From Octopus sinensis (lineage: Eukaryota), in assembly GCF_006345805.1 (NCBI RefSeq), contig NC_043012.1, positions 35,092,001 through 35,156,000 of the forward strand: a stretch of 64,000 bases of DNA. Reading direction: 5' to 3'. Both the position numbers and the translations under genes were made by a program. Shown here in pieces: positions 42,386-55,977 of the stretch. The notes below the pieces were generated by a model. The model searched no databases and was not told the DNA's origin. It was given only the letters and a program-made list of their open reading frames with translations. Position 1 is the stretch's first letter; each line of letters begins with the position of its first letter.

Positions 42386-42414
42386 TTAATAATAATAATA
42401 AGAAGAAACGATAG

Positions 42415-42755
42415 TACGCCGAGCGAAATGCTTTGTGGTATTTTGTCCACCGCTACATTCTGAGTTCAAATTCCGCCGAGGTCGACATGGCCTTTCATCC
42501 TTTCGGGGTCGATAAATTAAGTACCAGTTACGTACTGGGGTCGATGTAATCGACTTAATCCGTTTGTCTGTCCTAGTTTATCCTCTCTGTGGGTAGTAAA
42601 GAAATAGGTATTTCGTCTGCCGCCACGTTCTGAGTTCAAATTCCGCCGAGGTCGACTTTGCCTTTCATCCGTTCGGAGTCGATTAAATAAGTACCAATTA
42701 CTCACTAGGGTCGATGTAACCGACTTAATCGCTTCCCCCAAATTTGAGGGCTTGT
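42415..42755 (+). mobile_element. Tandem pair of main SINE
   Basis: Two ctgagttcaaattccgccgaggtcgac blocks. Confidence 0.88.
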
Positions 42756-42789
42756 AATTCCAGTAGAAAGAATTATTATTATTATTATT

Positions 42790-43065
42790 TGATGAAAACT
42801 CACAGCTTATTTTGCCGGGTATGTTGGAACATGTCAGCTGTCCTCCACAGCCAGAAGACTAAGGTAACACTTGTTTACTCGTCATACTTCAAGAACCCTG
42901 CGAAGAATTCTTGCAGTTCCAAGCAATGCTGGTTTTTGTAGGTGTTCTACTGTCACACATTTACCAATCTTTTTCAACCATGTTGGTAGTTGTGTGCTGA
43001 TACTTCCAAGTGCACCAATTACTATTGATATCACACCTACTCTCCTCATTCACCACAAACTTCGT
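42790..43065 (-). mobile_element. R4/Dong-clade LINE 3' end between ATT/AAT arrays
   Basis: Minus translation VGVISIVIGALGSIS...EHLQKPALLGTARILRRVLEV*. Confidence 0.8.
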
Positions 43066-43142
<77 letters not shown>

Positions 43143-43144
<2 letters not shown>

Positions 43145-43683
43145 GAGTGAGAGAGCAGTTCATGCCATCAAAGTGACACTGGGGTAAAATATACGAAGCC
43201 CAATATACCCATCATGACTACCCGTCCGATAAAGGTACACCAGGCACATGCATCACAACCATATGTGCGCGACATGGTGATCTCATATCAAGATAAACAG
43301 CACATGACCTTGCAGGTGGGGCCCAGTTAGAATTTTCTTCATCCTGCTCAAACGGTCCCTGAATAAGGGTTGCTTTAGGATGTTGAACGAAACACCTATG
43401 TTTCCAGAGGTGAACCATTCAAACTCCAAAGAATCCCTCTCAACACATGGCCATGATGCTCCCCCACTACTTCTGCTCGTGATCAGAGATGCACATATCG
43501 TCAGCCACTAAGGGACATGCTCAACTGGTTAAGGTCAAACAACTGACAAGCAAATCTGTGGTATTGAGCAGAATATTTGCTGTAGCCCATCTTTTATACC
43601 AAGACAAAACAATGTACATGATAACACTTCCAATCAGTTAAGATCAGAAGCCATGAGAGCCACTGCCTGGTACTGCATCAGGG
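43143..43683 (-). mobile_element. (AAT)n-tailed non-coding retroposon, apparently full length
   Basis: Shares its 3' part with 36458-36640; flanked by ATT arrays. Confidence 0.75.
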
Positions 43684-43792
43684 CATATTATTATTATTGT
43701 TATTATTATTATCATTATTGTTATTATTATTATTATCATTATTGTTATTATTATTATTATTATTATTATTGTTATTATTATTATTATTATTA

Positions 43793-43826
<34 letters not shown>

Positions 43827-43950
43827 ATTATTATTATTAAGACTAGTTAGTAGGTACGTTGCAGATGTGGTAAAATGTTACTTTTAAATTATGAATTCAA
43901 ATCCCTCCAATATTAACTTTCCTTTTCAGCCTGGGTTTATAAAATAAGTA

Positions 43951-45038
43951 CGAAGGTTGGATGAAAGGTGCATAGGCTGACTCTGAAGGAGTGATGCTAG
44001 AGCTGTGAAATCTGGCATGCATTAACTTTCCTTATTAATGGTTTCATTGTTTCATTCCAAGTAAACTGACGTTTGACTGTTCAAAGAAGATTTCACAAGT
44101 AACTAGTAACGACTTCTCTTGAAAGTGGACACAGTTTGGCATCGTCGTCTCATCAAATACCTGCCGAAAAAGAATTTATCTGTCAACTACTTTCATGCTG
44201 ATATGGTTGCTATATTAAGAGGTGACGCTCTAGCGTTATCAACAGTGCAAAAGTGAACAGCTGAATTGAAGAGAAAACGAGAGAGTCTTGAAGATCACCC
44301 ACGGTCTGGACGACGTCCTACAACTACAACCACTGAAGAAATCATTAATCGTATTCACTCCATGGTGGTGAATAACAGGCGATTGACTATAAATCAAAGA
44401 TCCAGTACTATTAGTGTATCCTGTGAGAATGTTGAGAATATCCTGCACGTTGAATTTGGCACGACGGAGGTTTTTGCTTCCTCATTTTGAGCCAAAAATA
44501 AAGAGACTTTCCATACAGTGGAAACACCCTTCCTCACCTACTCCATCTGCAGGGAAAGTGATGGCTCTGGTCTTTGGGATGCAAATGGCATGTGTGTTTA
44601 TTATTATCGTCAAAAGGGCCACATCATCAATGGAGAGTGCTTCGCCAACTTACTGAGGCAGTTAAGAAACAAGAACAAACGTCCACAAAAACTGACGAAA
44701 GGGGTCTTGTTTCATCAGGGCACTGCTCCAGCGCACAAGTCCTTCGTTTCAGTGGCTGCTGTGCGTTACTGTGGCTTTGAACTGGTTTATCACCATTCCT
44801 ATTCTGATTATCCTCTCTTACCCAACATGAAAAAGCACTTGGCTGGGAACCAGTATTGCAGTGTCATATCTGTTTTTGACCAACAAGAAGAATGCTTTCT
44901 CCTCAATAGGATCCACGCACTGCAACACCGAAAGAAATGTGTGGACCGCAAGGAGGACAATGTTGAAATATAAACCGCACTTGATTACATCCCATAAGGG
45001 TATCTTGGTCAGCCTATGAACTTATCATCCGACCCTCG
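43951..45038 (+). mobile_element. Decayed mariner transposon with both TIRs and TA target duplication
   Basis: 31-bp TIRs (26/31 match) with TA at 43949-50 and 45039-40. Remnants LEDHPRSGRR, QWKHPSSP..SAGKVMA, LFHQGTAPAH (second catalytic Asp lost); YSPDL region deleted. Confidence 0.92.
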
Positions 45039-45442
45039 TACAAGTCTCGTGTGTTGGGTCCATCCGATCATCTATAAACTATAAGCTTTCCTTAAAATTT
45101 GTGGCCTTGTACCAAAGCCAGAAATTATTATTATTGAAGACAACATCGTTGGTTTCATAACTCGCACCATTTCAAGAGCGTTACTCAATTGTTCATTCAT
45201 TAATGGTTTATGTGTAAGAGCGAATTCTTCACCAGTAGAAATATCAGCCGTAGCAGCTGCAGTAGTAGCAGTGGCAGCAGCAACAACATCTTTCGTATAT
45301 ATTTTATGACTAATTAATAAGTGTTTGTTACTAGTCCTTACATAAAACGTCCCCTTACATAATACATCTCCGCAAGGAAGGACCGCAAGCAAAATGAAAA
45401 AAAGAAAATGCTTATTATTTATGAAACAAGTATATACACAAA

Positions 45443-45697
45443 CAGGGTGGTCCAAAATTAGTGCCCCAACTTAAGTTGTTGAAAAAAAATATACATGAAA
45501 TGTAATGAAAATGAGAAGAAAAAAAGATCATAATGAGGATATGCTCCATCTTGCACAAAGATTTAGGAAAGACGGTATCGAAAATACGGCCAGATGATGT
45601 TTTCACACAACGTCAGGTAACGATCACCATTCATCGTCTCTCGTTGAATATGGAAAGCACAGATTCTTGAAGACGATATCGCCTTTGGTGCACCCTG
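45443..45697. mobile_element. Tc1-like MITE
   Basis: Ends CAGGGTGGTCCAAA and TTTGGTGCACCCTG followed by TA. Confidence 0.5.
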
Positions 45698-46367
45698 TAT
45701 ATATTACAGATATGCATATACATATGCATGTGTATATATGTATGTATGTATGCATATATTATACATATACATGTGTGTGTATCTGTGTGTGTGTGTGGTG
45801 TCTGTGTGTGTGTGTAATGTGATGGATGTTTCTCAGTCCAACAAAAACTTGGGCTGTTCTGCAATTTCTTGCTGAACAACTTTCTTCTCAGATGATTCGT
45901 TTATTGTGATCAAGTGTTTGTGCGGCACATAAGTTCCCTTCCTCTATCCAATTGCCCGTACAAGATGCACGATGTGCCATAACGTCAGGTGTCGAAGTGG
46001 TCGCAGAACAACGAGATGAAGTGTTTAAGAACACAATGCACCGCTCGGCCTGGGAATCGAAACCATGCTCTTGCGATTCGTGATTCATGTGTGCTACATC
46101 CTAACACATACATACCTATGTATGCGTGTGTAACTGTGTGTGCGTATGTGTGCGAGTGTGCGAGTGCGTAAATAAAATTTCAAATCCTTTACATATGCCA
46201 GCAATTATCGATGTAGTCGATGGTCGCCTTTATGAAACACCATTTATCATTTCCATAATTGTTCCATATTCTAATAACACATATTTCAAGTATGTATTAG
46301 ATCTCGAAAATTCGCACATGCACGGAAACGCATATACATACACAAGTGTAAAATATACATATCTATT

Positions 46368-46592
46368 AAGGCGGCGAGGTGGCAGAAACGTTAGCACGCT
46401 GGGCGAAATGTGTAGCCGTATTTCGTCTGCCGTTACATTCTGAGTTCAAATCCGAGGTCGACTTTGCCTTTCATCCTTTCGGGTCGATAAATAAAGTACC
46501 AGTTACGCACTGGGGTCGATGTAATCGACTTAATCCTTGTGTCTGTCCTTGTTTGTCCCCTCTATGTTTAGCACCTTGTGGGTAGTAAAGAA
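46368..46592 (+). mobile_element. Main tRNA-derived SINE
   Basis: Full head-to-tail match to the family consensus seen in this window. Confidence 0.9.
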
Positions 46593-47161
46593 TATATACA
46601 CATCTATGTTTATGTTTCATAGAAAAATGCGTGACACGAAGAACGGAATCACTAGGCTAATTAGAGTAGAATGTTTACTTTGGCTGATAAAAGATAACAC
46701 TGACTTCGAAGTTTCACATGGTCGGTTTTCATTATTAATTGAGAAAAAAATGAAATATTTACATATTAGATACATGTAATCTTTGGTCAATTGAGAAAAG
46801 AAAATGGTTGAGTTAGAGAGGAGGAACCATATAATGATTGATTTTAGAATCAATAATGATTGATTTTCGAAAATTCTAATTTAATTAGAATATTAATAGA
46901 CAGGGTAAATTCGATAGGTTTTAAAACATATCTAAACATATATTAATTACCTTTGTTTAAAGTTTCGTGTGGGTCATACATATATAAATGCTATGTAGTT
47001 TTAGTCACTTTAACGATGAAGTTAAAGTGAATATGTACTGTTATTTATCACAAAAATTGTGTAGAATATATTTCAAAGTTGGACAAATTTAGAAGGTTCT
47101 CTTGGTACGTTTACTTATTGTTATTCATAAAATAAAATCCTATATACACACACTCACACAT

Positions 47162-47198
<37 letters not shown>

Positions 47199-47718
47199 AA
47201 CAAACACGAAGCTGAGGTAAGTTCACGATCAGAACTATTAGTTTGACACTCAGAGAAACGGAAAGAGTAAACTGTTACAAGGTGTCGGACATCGGATATA
47301 ATTTTCCCTATTTTGATAGGAAATTTATTTAAAGCATTCGTTGTCCTGGATATTCTGTATCTGCCGGATGAAACTAATTGCCAGTGAAGGCTAAGTTAAT
47401 GGATGTTACATCATATGACTGATTATATAAGTACCTTTTTTTTTAATGTTGATGAAAAGTTTTGCAAAACAAAGTATTCTCTATTTTATATCAGAAAATG
47501 AATGATTAGGTTTCATGTTCCAAATATATGTCGACAGCAAAGTGTCGCCTTTATTCCGGTTTTGAATCATATATACGTGTTGATAAACCAAAGTTTAAAA
47601 AATCTAACGGTTAATCTGATATATGATTTTGATCAACAGTCAGTGTTAACAACAGCCCATTATACCAATTCTTTGGCTTTTTAATTATCTTTTAGAGAGC
47701 ATTTGTCATTGTTAACAT

Positions 47719-47919
47719 CACAGGATCTCAACCAGGGTCCAATATGAGCCTTGAATGTGCACAGAAGATTTAGTTGTTAAAATTTATGTGCAGTACATTG
47801 GTTATACTTCTACAATATACAAACTATTTTAACATTTTTTCCTGCAATTCTTAATAATATTTAATTCAACAAATAGGAATCAAAGGGATCCATCGATAAA
47901 ATATGGTCGAGAACCACTG
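47719..47919. mobile_element. hAT-like MITE
   Basis: Ends cacaggatctcaacc and ggtcgagaaccactg resemble CAGTGGTTCTCAACC-type hAT TIRs. Confidence 0.45.
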
Positions 47920-48221
47920 AGTTATACAGTTTCAATTTAAGTTGTCATAGATAGAGGGGTTGCTTTTAATTAAGATTAGTTGAAACTATCTCATGTTGGT
48001 ATGAACTTGTCTGAAAAGAGATTTCAATGTAAACATGGCGTTTGTAAGTGAAGAAATGCATAAAAGAGTTTGAAAATTACTTCGACTACAAATATCGTTA
48101 GCTGTAACTTATACGGTGAATTGTGTCGCACAAATATTTTACAGCTCCTGGTGAAATAATCATGTGAAACATTTTCGATGTATAAACGGCCCTTTTAGTG
48201 TATTACATTTCATTTTATTAA

Positions 48222-48452
48222 GGCGGCGAGCTGGCAGAATCGTTAGCACGCCGGGCGAAATGCGTAGCCGTATTTCGTCTGCCGTTACGTTCTGAGTTCA
48301 AATTCCGCCGAGGTCGACTTTGCCTTTCATCCTTTCGGAGTCGATAAATAAATCACCAGTTTCGCACTAGGGTCGATGTAATCGACTTAATCCCTTTGTC
48401 TGCCCTTGTTTGTCCCCTCTATGTTTAGCCCCTTGTGGGTAGTAAAGAAATA
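48222..48452 (+). mobile_element. Main tRNA-derived SINE
   Basis: Near-consensus full copy. Confidence 0.92.
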
Positions 48453-48509
48453 CATATATTTCATTTTATAGCTTGCTATGATACAAAATCTTTTAATTTA
48501 AAACGTGAA

Positions 48510-48780
48510 AGCGTGTGGCTTGGTGATTAGTGTATTTGACTTACAATCGGAAGGTCGTGAGTTCGATTCCCGGCGACGTATTGTGTCCTTGCTCAAGGCA
48601 CTATATTTCTCGTTGTTCCATTCCCCTCATCCGGTTTAAGGGTCAGCCTGGTCATATTCAGTGCGTTACGCTGAATCTACATGAGAACTACGTTAAGTAC
48701 GTGCGTGTATGTGGATGTAGTCGAGGTCGAGTTAACCCCTACCCTACCCCTGAAATTGTTGGTATTGTGCCAAAATAAAA
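48510..48780 (+). mobile_element. tRNA-head SINE with gtgtccttg..aaggcact core
   Basis: gtggcttggtgattagtgtatttgacttacaatcggaaggtcgtgagttcgattcccgg. Confidence 0.65.
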
Positions 48781-50071
48781 ATCAATATAAATGCAATACT
48801 AGCTCAATGATTTTAGGGTAACATAAATACATAGTAATTGCCTATTATTATGTATATCAATATTGATACACTAATGTTGTTACTGCACAGCTGTGGATAT
48901 TGTACCGAACACTGTTGTAGCTGCTGCGCTGATATGAAAACATTTTTATTAATAATAATACGGTACTTGTTATGACTTACAGTACTAATATAGTTTCAGT
49001 GATACTGTACTGATTGTATGTTGTGAAATCACTTTGTTACAGCATTGATGTATGACTATAATATTTGACTGAATGCAATAACATGGTCACCGTAATGACG
49101 TGAACACTGTACTAGCGTGGCTACAGCTCTGATATCATTATTTTATTCTTGTTGAATGCGACGATGGGAGTATTATGCTCTGATGGGGTGAACATAACTA
49201 AAGCAGATACGAAATTTAATCCAATTTTGATTTTGCACTAATTTTAATAACATATTTACGTGGGTGTTGCACTAATTTATGATAATTGCACTAATATCTA
49301 TCTCTACTGTACAGATATGGATTTTGTACTGATGTGCATACTGTATTAATGTGGACACACGACTGTGATTTTACTAACGTGCTGACACTAAGTATTGTTC
49401 TGCTCTTGTTATTATTCCACACTGCACTAACGAGGTGAAAACTATATTGCTCTGAATGCTATCCCATTGAGGATATTCATGGAAAAGATATGCCAAACAA
49501 ATGGGAAAAATGGAATATAATCAAATACAAGATTCAAAAAGACTTCTGGTAGTCGGCGTCGGGAAGAATCAATAACGCAAAATCAAAGATGAGGTGTTAG
49601 TTTGATCTGAGGAAAGTTTCAAACAGAAAAAAAGTATCTTTTTGCCGTTGAAAGAGAAAATATTTGTTTTTCTTTTTCCTGTAATTGAGAGATTGTAAAT
49701 GTTTTGTTCATACAGATTAATTACACTTCGCGGATACCTGAGCAAAATGTTGTCATGTAGTGTCCTGAGGTGAGACTGGCTGACAGAAATGGTTTCTCCT
49801 AAGCAATGGCCGAAACGTAAGTGAAAGCGGTTAGATGAAGATGGCTATCGACCACCATTTTTAACTGATGTCAAAATTCTCTTCTAAAAAACAAAGAAGG
49901 GTTTTGTACTGGAATGCATTAGCTGTAATTATATGATACTGTATTAACATGATCTTCCTTCCTGTAGGAACATGTACTGTACATGACAACACCATACTAC
50001 AGAGTCTACTCAAAAATTATGGACTACATTTAGATAGCATTGCGTAATCCCACACTATGTTTGATTGTGTT

Positions 50072-50108
<37 letters not shown>

Positions 50109-50295
50109 CAAACACATACGCACGCGCGCACACACATATTGTTTGTTTTTATGTAAAGTTATGTGCAAAAACAATTTAACATTAAACAGAAGGATTACAA
50201 AATTTATTTAGTAGATTGCACATTGACTAACACTTAAAAAATAAATGGCTAATTGCAACTTGGAAGTTCCAGCTCCCTTGCCTTCGTCAAGAAGT

Positions 50296-50323
50296 CTGAT
50301 GAAGGCGAGCAAGCCGAAACGTC
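50296..50323 (+). ncRNA. Hammerhead core without a detectable stem I
   Basis: CTGATGA-A-GGC-gagcaa-GCC-GAAA-CGT-C; the flanks do not pair. Confidence 0.45.
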
Positions 50324-50386
50324 GAAGTGGCTGCCACACTTTTACGTGTAAAAGAAAACACACACACACACACATTGATGTTTTGC

Positions 50387-51567
50387 GTTGAGTCAAAAGT
50401 TTTGCAATATTTCCGTAACTTTTCTACTCTAGGCACAAGGCCTGAAATTTTGGGGGAGGGGGGGGCCAGTCGATTAAATCGACCCCAGTACGCAACTGAT
50501 ACTTAATTTATTGATCCCGAAAGGATGAAAGACAAAGTCGACCTCGGCGGAATTTGAACTCGACTTTGCCTTTTATCCTTTCAGGGTCGATAAATTAAAT
50601 ACCAGTTGCTTACTGGGGACAATCTAATCGACTGGCCCCCCTTCCCCCAAAATTTCGGCCTTGTGACTGGAGTGGAAAAAAGAATATTTTCGTAACATTT
50701 TGCTTTATTCATCAAGTTCCAATAAAAACAGCATAGCATTCAAAGTAGAGGTCATTATGTGGCACCACCTGAAGCCACCATTTTGCCAGTTCTTTGGTCC
50801 CACACTGATACCAGTTCTTGTCTTTCTAAATGAAGAACTCCTTCACTGAAGCTGTCACCTCCTCTTGGTTGATAAACTATCGCGAGCGCTGTAAGCCAGC
50901 CATGGATCGGAACAAGTAATAATTCTAGAGGGCTAGGTCCGGACTATATGCTGGGTGTGTAATCAGTTCAATTCCCTCACGTTCCTGAAGTTTATTCCGA
51001 CTCACTCAAGTGGTATGAGATCTTGGGTTGTCTTGCGGCAGAAGAGGCCGCCTTCTGTTAACCAATGCCGGGCATTTTTCCGGCACAATGGCGTACATCT
51101 GCTCTAGCTTTTCGGAGTACAGGTTTGCATCGATGGTTCGACCGCCCAGAATGAACCTGTAGTGAATTATCCCCTTATAATTCCATCAGACGTAGACCAT
51201 CACCTTGTGTTCGAAACGCCCATGTTTGGGGACATGTTCCAGAAGTAGAACTCTGCTTAACCACTGCTTATGCACGTTGGGATTGCCGAAAAATATCTCC
51301 ATCGGATTATTACTTGCTCCGATCCATGGTTCGCTTTCTGCGCTGGCGACTCTTCGTCAACAAAAAGGAGGTAGAAGCTCCAACGAAGGAGTTCTTCACT
51401 TCTAAGGACAAGAACTGTTATCAACATGGAATCAATGAACTGGCAGAAAGGTGGCCTTAGACCGTGCAACACAATGGCTCCCTACATTGAATGGTCGGGT
51501 TCTTTTGATGTAACTTGACGAATAAAGCAAATAAGTTACTAAAACATTGCAAAAAGTTTGACTCAAC
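50387..51567. mobile_element. Mariner relic made of two 3' halves in head-to-head orientation
   Basis: Minus 50720-51270: KVMVYV*WNYKGII...LPQDNPRSH...HPAYSPDLAP. Plus ~51290-51490: SPSDYYLLRSM...ELAERW. The same TIR-like end (gttgagtcaaa.../...tttgactcaac) closes both sides. Confidence 0.8.
50420..50696. mobile_element. Fold-back (inverted) SINE insertion with 14-bp TSD
   Basis: Two SINE bodies in inverted orientation meeting near 50555. TSD aatatttccgtaac (50406-19) / aatattttcgtaac (50683-96). Confidence 0.85.
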
Positions 51568-51607
51568 ACATGTATATGTCTATGTGTGAATTATGTATAT
51601 ACAAATG

Positions 51608-51640
<33 letters not shown>

Positions 51641-51659
51641 GTGTATATAGACAAACGTA

Positions 51660-51692
<33 letters not shown>

Positions 51693-51698
<6 letters not shown>

Positions 51699-51930
51699 AC
51701 TAAATAATTAGGGTTCATCAACGATTTGCCTCACCACACACCGAATTTAGAAATAGCAGTCAAAAAGTCTTGGCTATTCCTTCTACTTTAAAGGGAGGCA
51801 AATCGTTGCTGAACCCTAATATTTAGTATTACTTAAACTTACCATGAATTGGTCTTTTACATGCCGATTCTACTTGGTGAAATTACTGATTACTTCTTAA
51901 TTAATTAATTTCACCCTTTGTTATTATTGA
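51693..51930 (+). mobile_element. Short relative of the 28.1-kb unit in (TA)n
   Basis: Shares ccctaat, cttttacat, tacttggtgaaatt, taattaatt..accct and the ttga end; also has an inverted 5' segment. Confidence 0.7.
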
Positions 51931-51950
51931 TATATATATATATATATATA

Positions 51951-52484
51951 AGAATTTTTCTTTAGAGACGCAATATTGGAATGTAGGGCAAAGTGTAAAT
52001 CAAAATAAACAAAGGTGAAAGCCTTAATGCATTTATCATAATCAACTTTAGACTACGTATTGAGTACTTTTTCCTTGTTACAAGCAGTGAAATACAATAT
52101 ATTCCCACACCACACGCGCACGCACAAAACAATTATCGTGGGTTTACATTAATGTGAATTGCAATTAAACGAAATATTTGTCGAAGCTTGCGATGAATGA
52201 TATTGATTTAAAATCAAATCAGTATGAATCGCTACTCAGAGTTTCTTTAAAGACAGAATGGGGAAAAGAAAGAAAGAGAAACGAATTGTAAATGCGAGTA
52301 ACTTTGGGAGAGAAGGAAAGAAGGAAGGAAGGAGTGAGAGACGAAAATACGTAGTTTTACATAAGTTCTACGCTGAAGACGATCCCGGTGACTATTTTAC
52401 ATATATACACTCATAATAATTCATACTTGCATTCATGCATAACTACTCAAGTACATAGATAGATACATATATTCATATATATTC

Positions 52485-52517
<33 letters not shown>

Positions 52518-52560
52518 ATATATATACGTTTAAATATTTGTTGTGCAATATTTTATATAT

Positions 52561-52594
<34 letters not shown>

Positions 52595-52729
52595 ATATAA
52601 TATATATATATATATATACATTCATATATACGTATATGTACTTATATATCTGTGTGTATATCCTTATACATACATATAATATATATATATATATATATGC
52701 ACACACACACACACACACACACAAATATG

Positions 52730-52762
<33 letters not shown>

Positions 52763-53410
52763 ATATATATTTACACATTCATATATACATATATGTACTT
52801 ATATATCTGTGTGTATATCCTTACATATATATATATATAATATATATATATATAATATATATATATATATAAGAATTTTTCTTTAGAGACGCAATATTGG
52901 AATGTAGGGCAAAGTGTAAATCAAAATAAACAAAGGTGAAAGCCTTAATGCATTTATCATAATCAACTTTAGACTACGTATTGAGTACTTTTTCCTTGTT
53001 ACAAGCAGTGAAATACAATATATTCCACACCACACGCGCACGCACAAAACAATTATCGTGGGTTTACATTAATGTGAATTGCAATTAAACGAAATATTTG
53101 TCGAAGCTTGCGATGAATGATATTGATTTAAAATTAAATCAGTATGAATCGCTACTCAGAGTTTCTTTAAAGACAGAATGGGAAAAGAAAGAAAAAGAAA
53201 CGAATTGTAAATGCGAGTAACTTTGGGAGAGAAGGAAGGAAGGAAGGAAGGAAGGAAGGAATGAGAGATGAAAATACGTAGTTTTACATAAGATCTACGC
53301 TGAAGACGATCCCGGTGACTATTTTACATATATACACTCATAATAATTCATACTTGCATTCATGCATAACTATTCAAGTACACAGATAGATACATATATT
53401 CATATATATT
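51951..53410. repeat. Direct duplication of about 540 bp (offset 921)
   Basis: 51951-~52490 recurs at 52872-~53410, separated by TA/CA/GT microsatellites. Confidence 0.9.
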
Positions 53411-53581
53411 CATATATATTCATATATATTCATATATATTCATATATATTCATATATATTCATATATATTCATATATATTCATATATATTCATATATATT
53501 CATATATATTCATATATATTCATATATATTCATATATATTCATATATATTCATATATATTCATATATATTCATATATATTC

Positions 53582-53590
<9 letters not shown>
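53395..53590. repeat. (CATATATATT)n 10-mer minisatellite
   Basis: Perfect 10-nt periodicity. Confidence 0.95.
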
Positions 53591-53638
<48 letters not shown>

Positions 53639-54079
53639 GTATGTACGTATGTATGTATATATGTCAACATTTTCTAATATTTCTTTTGTGTCTCTTTTAA
53701 AATAAGTCTGGTACTTATTCTATGGAATTATTTGCCGAACGGCAAGGCTACAGAGCGTAAACCTACCAACACCGGTTGTCAAGTGACAATTATAGACACA
53801 AACAAACACACACGAATACGACCAGATTCTTTCAGTTTCCGTCTACACAATCCACTCACAAGTCTTTGGGCATCCCGGAGCTATAGTAGAAGAGACTCGT
53901 CCAAGGTGGCACGAAGTGGGACTGAACCCGGAACCATGTGGTTAGGAGGTAAACTTCTTACCACATATCCACACCTATTTTATTACAAAAGGCAGTTAAG
54001 TGGCCAACTCGTTTGCGCGGCAGATACAATGGTTTACAGTGTTTGTTCCAGTTCATTACGGTCTGGATTCATATATGTT

Positions 54080-54770
54080 TATTACCCACAAGGGGCTAAA
54101 CATAGAGGGGACAAACAAGGACAGACAAACGAATTAAGTCGATTACATAGACCCCAGTGCGTAACTGGTACTTAATTTATCGACCCCGAAAGGATGAAAG
54201 GCAAAGTCGACCTCGGCGGAATTTGAACTCAGAACGTAACGGCAGTCGAAATACGGCTACGTATTTCGCCCAGCGTGCTAACGATTCTGCCAGCTCACCA
54301 CCTTCTGGATTCATATACCTCATAGATCAATTTTGCTTTTCCCTTCTGGGATCGGTGAAATAAAATACCAATCAAGTACTGGCGCTAACATAATCGACTG
54401 TTCCCTTCTTTCAGTTTCTTTATATATGTGGCTTCATGCCCTTTTAAGAAATCCTGAATATCTGTTTCTTTATTACCTACAAGGGGCTAAAGATAGAGGG
54501 GACAAACAAGGACAGAGAAACGAATTAAGTCGATTACATCGACCACAGTGCGTAACTGGTACTTAATTTATCGACCCCGAAAGGATGAAAGGCAAAGTCG
54601 ACCTCGGCGGAATTTGAACTCAGAGCGTAACGGCAGTCGAAATAGGGCTACACATTTCGCCCGGCGTGCTAACGTTTCTGCCAGCTCACTGCCTTAAACG
54701 TAAAGACGGACAAAATGCTGCTTAGCATTTTGTCCGGGATTGCTAACGATTCTGCCAGCTCACCGCCTTT
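54080..54770 (-). mobile_element. Cluster of main SINE copies
   Basis: Two full bodies (54080-54300, 54470-54690) plus an extra head. Confidence 0.88.
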
Positions 54771-55201
54771 GTTAACTGGATACCATAGAGACATTTACAA
54801 TTTCAAATGCTAACACGGTTAGCTTAACGAATAAAGACAACATTCTACCTTCAGAAAACAAAAGAAATCATTCAATTAATGGTTGTTTTTTTCTTTACTT
54901 ATATGCTTGTAAAGAAAAATTGTTGAATATCGATTATTTGATTTCATAGTGAAAAGCTCGACAAGGAGACTTTTCTGATACATAAGGAAAGAAATAGTTA
55001 TTTCCTGTTGTTTTCAGTCGTTATTTCTTCAGATATTATCCTCATTCACCTAAACGGTACTGTAAGTTTTAAAAAATGTCTTATTTTTGTTTCATTATAT
55101 AATCCAAAGGTGTTTAGCATAGCTACATTACCTACCACAATATTTTAGACGAATTCTCTTAATTGCATACACGAATTCTCTTAATCGCATATTACGATTA
55201 A

Positions 55202-55600
55202 TCTTTATATATAAAAGTCAAGTTGTGTGTCTGTCTCCTACGATTTCGATTCCTAACTACTCCCACATTTGACGGTGCAGTTTAACCAAAACCGGGTATC
55301 TTATAGTCGTCATTCATATCGAACCCTTCTGAGTATTAACGCGCGTCTACGATGAGTCTACGATTAAAAAAAAAAAATTACCATCATTTTTTTCCATTTT
55401 AATGCATTTTTTTCGCTATTATATAAGGGAAGTAACTCTCTAAAAATGTCTACGATGAGTCAACGATTTAAAAAAAAATTACCAAAATTTTTTTTCCATT
55501 TTTAATGCATTTTTTTGCTATTTTTTGGCTATAACTCTCTAAAAATGTTTATATAGTTATTTCCCTTACAAACCCGAGCAACGCCGGGCGATACTGCTAG
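55202..55600 (+). mobile_element. Non-autonomous Helitron
   Basis: A|TC 5' end, subterminal hairpin CCCGAGCAACGCCGGG (55573-88), CTAG|T 3' end, no TSD. Confidence 0.85.
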
Positions 55601-55977
55601 TTTCATATAAATTTCAGTCAGAAAGTCTATCTGGTCCAGAGTTATTGGACTCCATAAAGTATCTTTCTGGTACCTCAGGACCTGCCCTTACCTTCTTTCA
55701 CAGTGCATGCATCCATCCATCCATCCGTCCGTCCATCCATCCATCCATCCACCCGTCTCTCTGCCTCTCCGTTTGTCTGGGTAACTCTACATTATTCTCA
55801 ATCGTCCTTCAACTGTTTCCCCCATTACAAAATAACATATTCTTTACCAACATTGTTTGACACTGATGCGTAAATTAAATCAAATTTCATTCATGTTAAA
55901 GAATCTGTCGACACACTGTGGCCGCCGAGGCTTATGGCACTGGTCTGGAAGAGTGAGAGGCTGGAATTTGGACACAA

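Noticed and set aside
45072-45455. Minus-strand ORF with an Ala/Thr run as an exon of a second gene
   Set aside because: No convincing splice sites or domain; the run derives from GCA/GTA repeats.
52340-52392. Type II hammerhead-like arrangement (GAAA...cgtag/ctacg-CTGAAGA), duplicated at ~53270
   Set aside because: Stem II and stem III do not pair.
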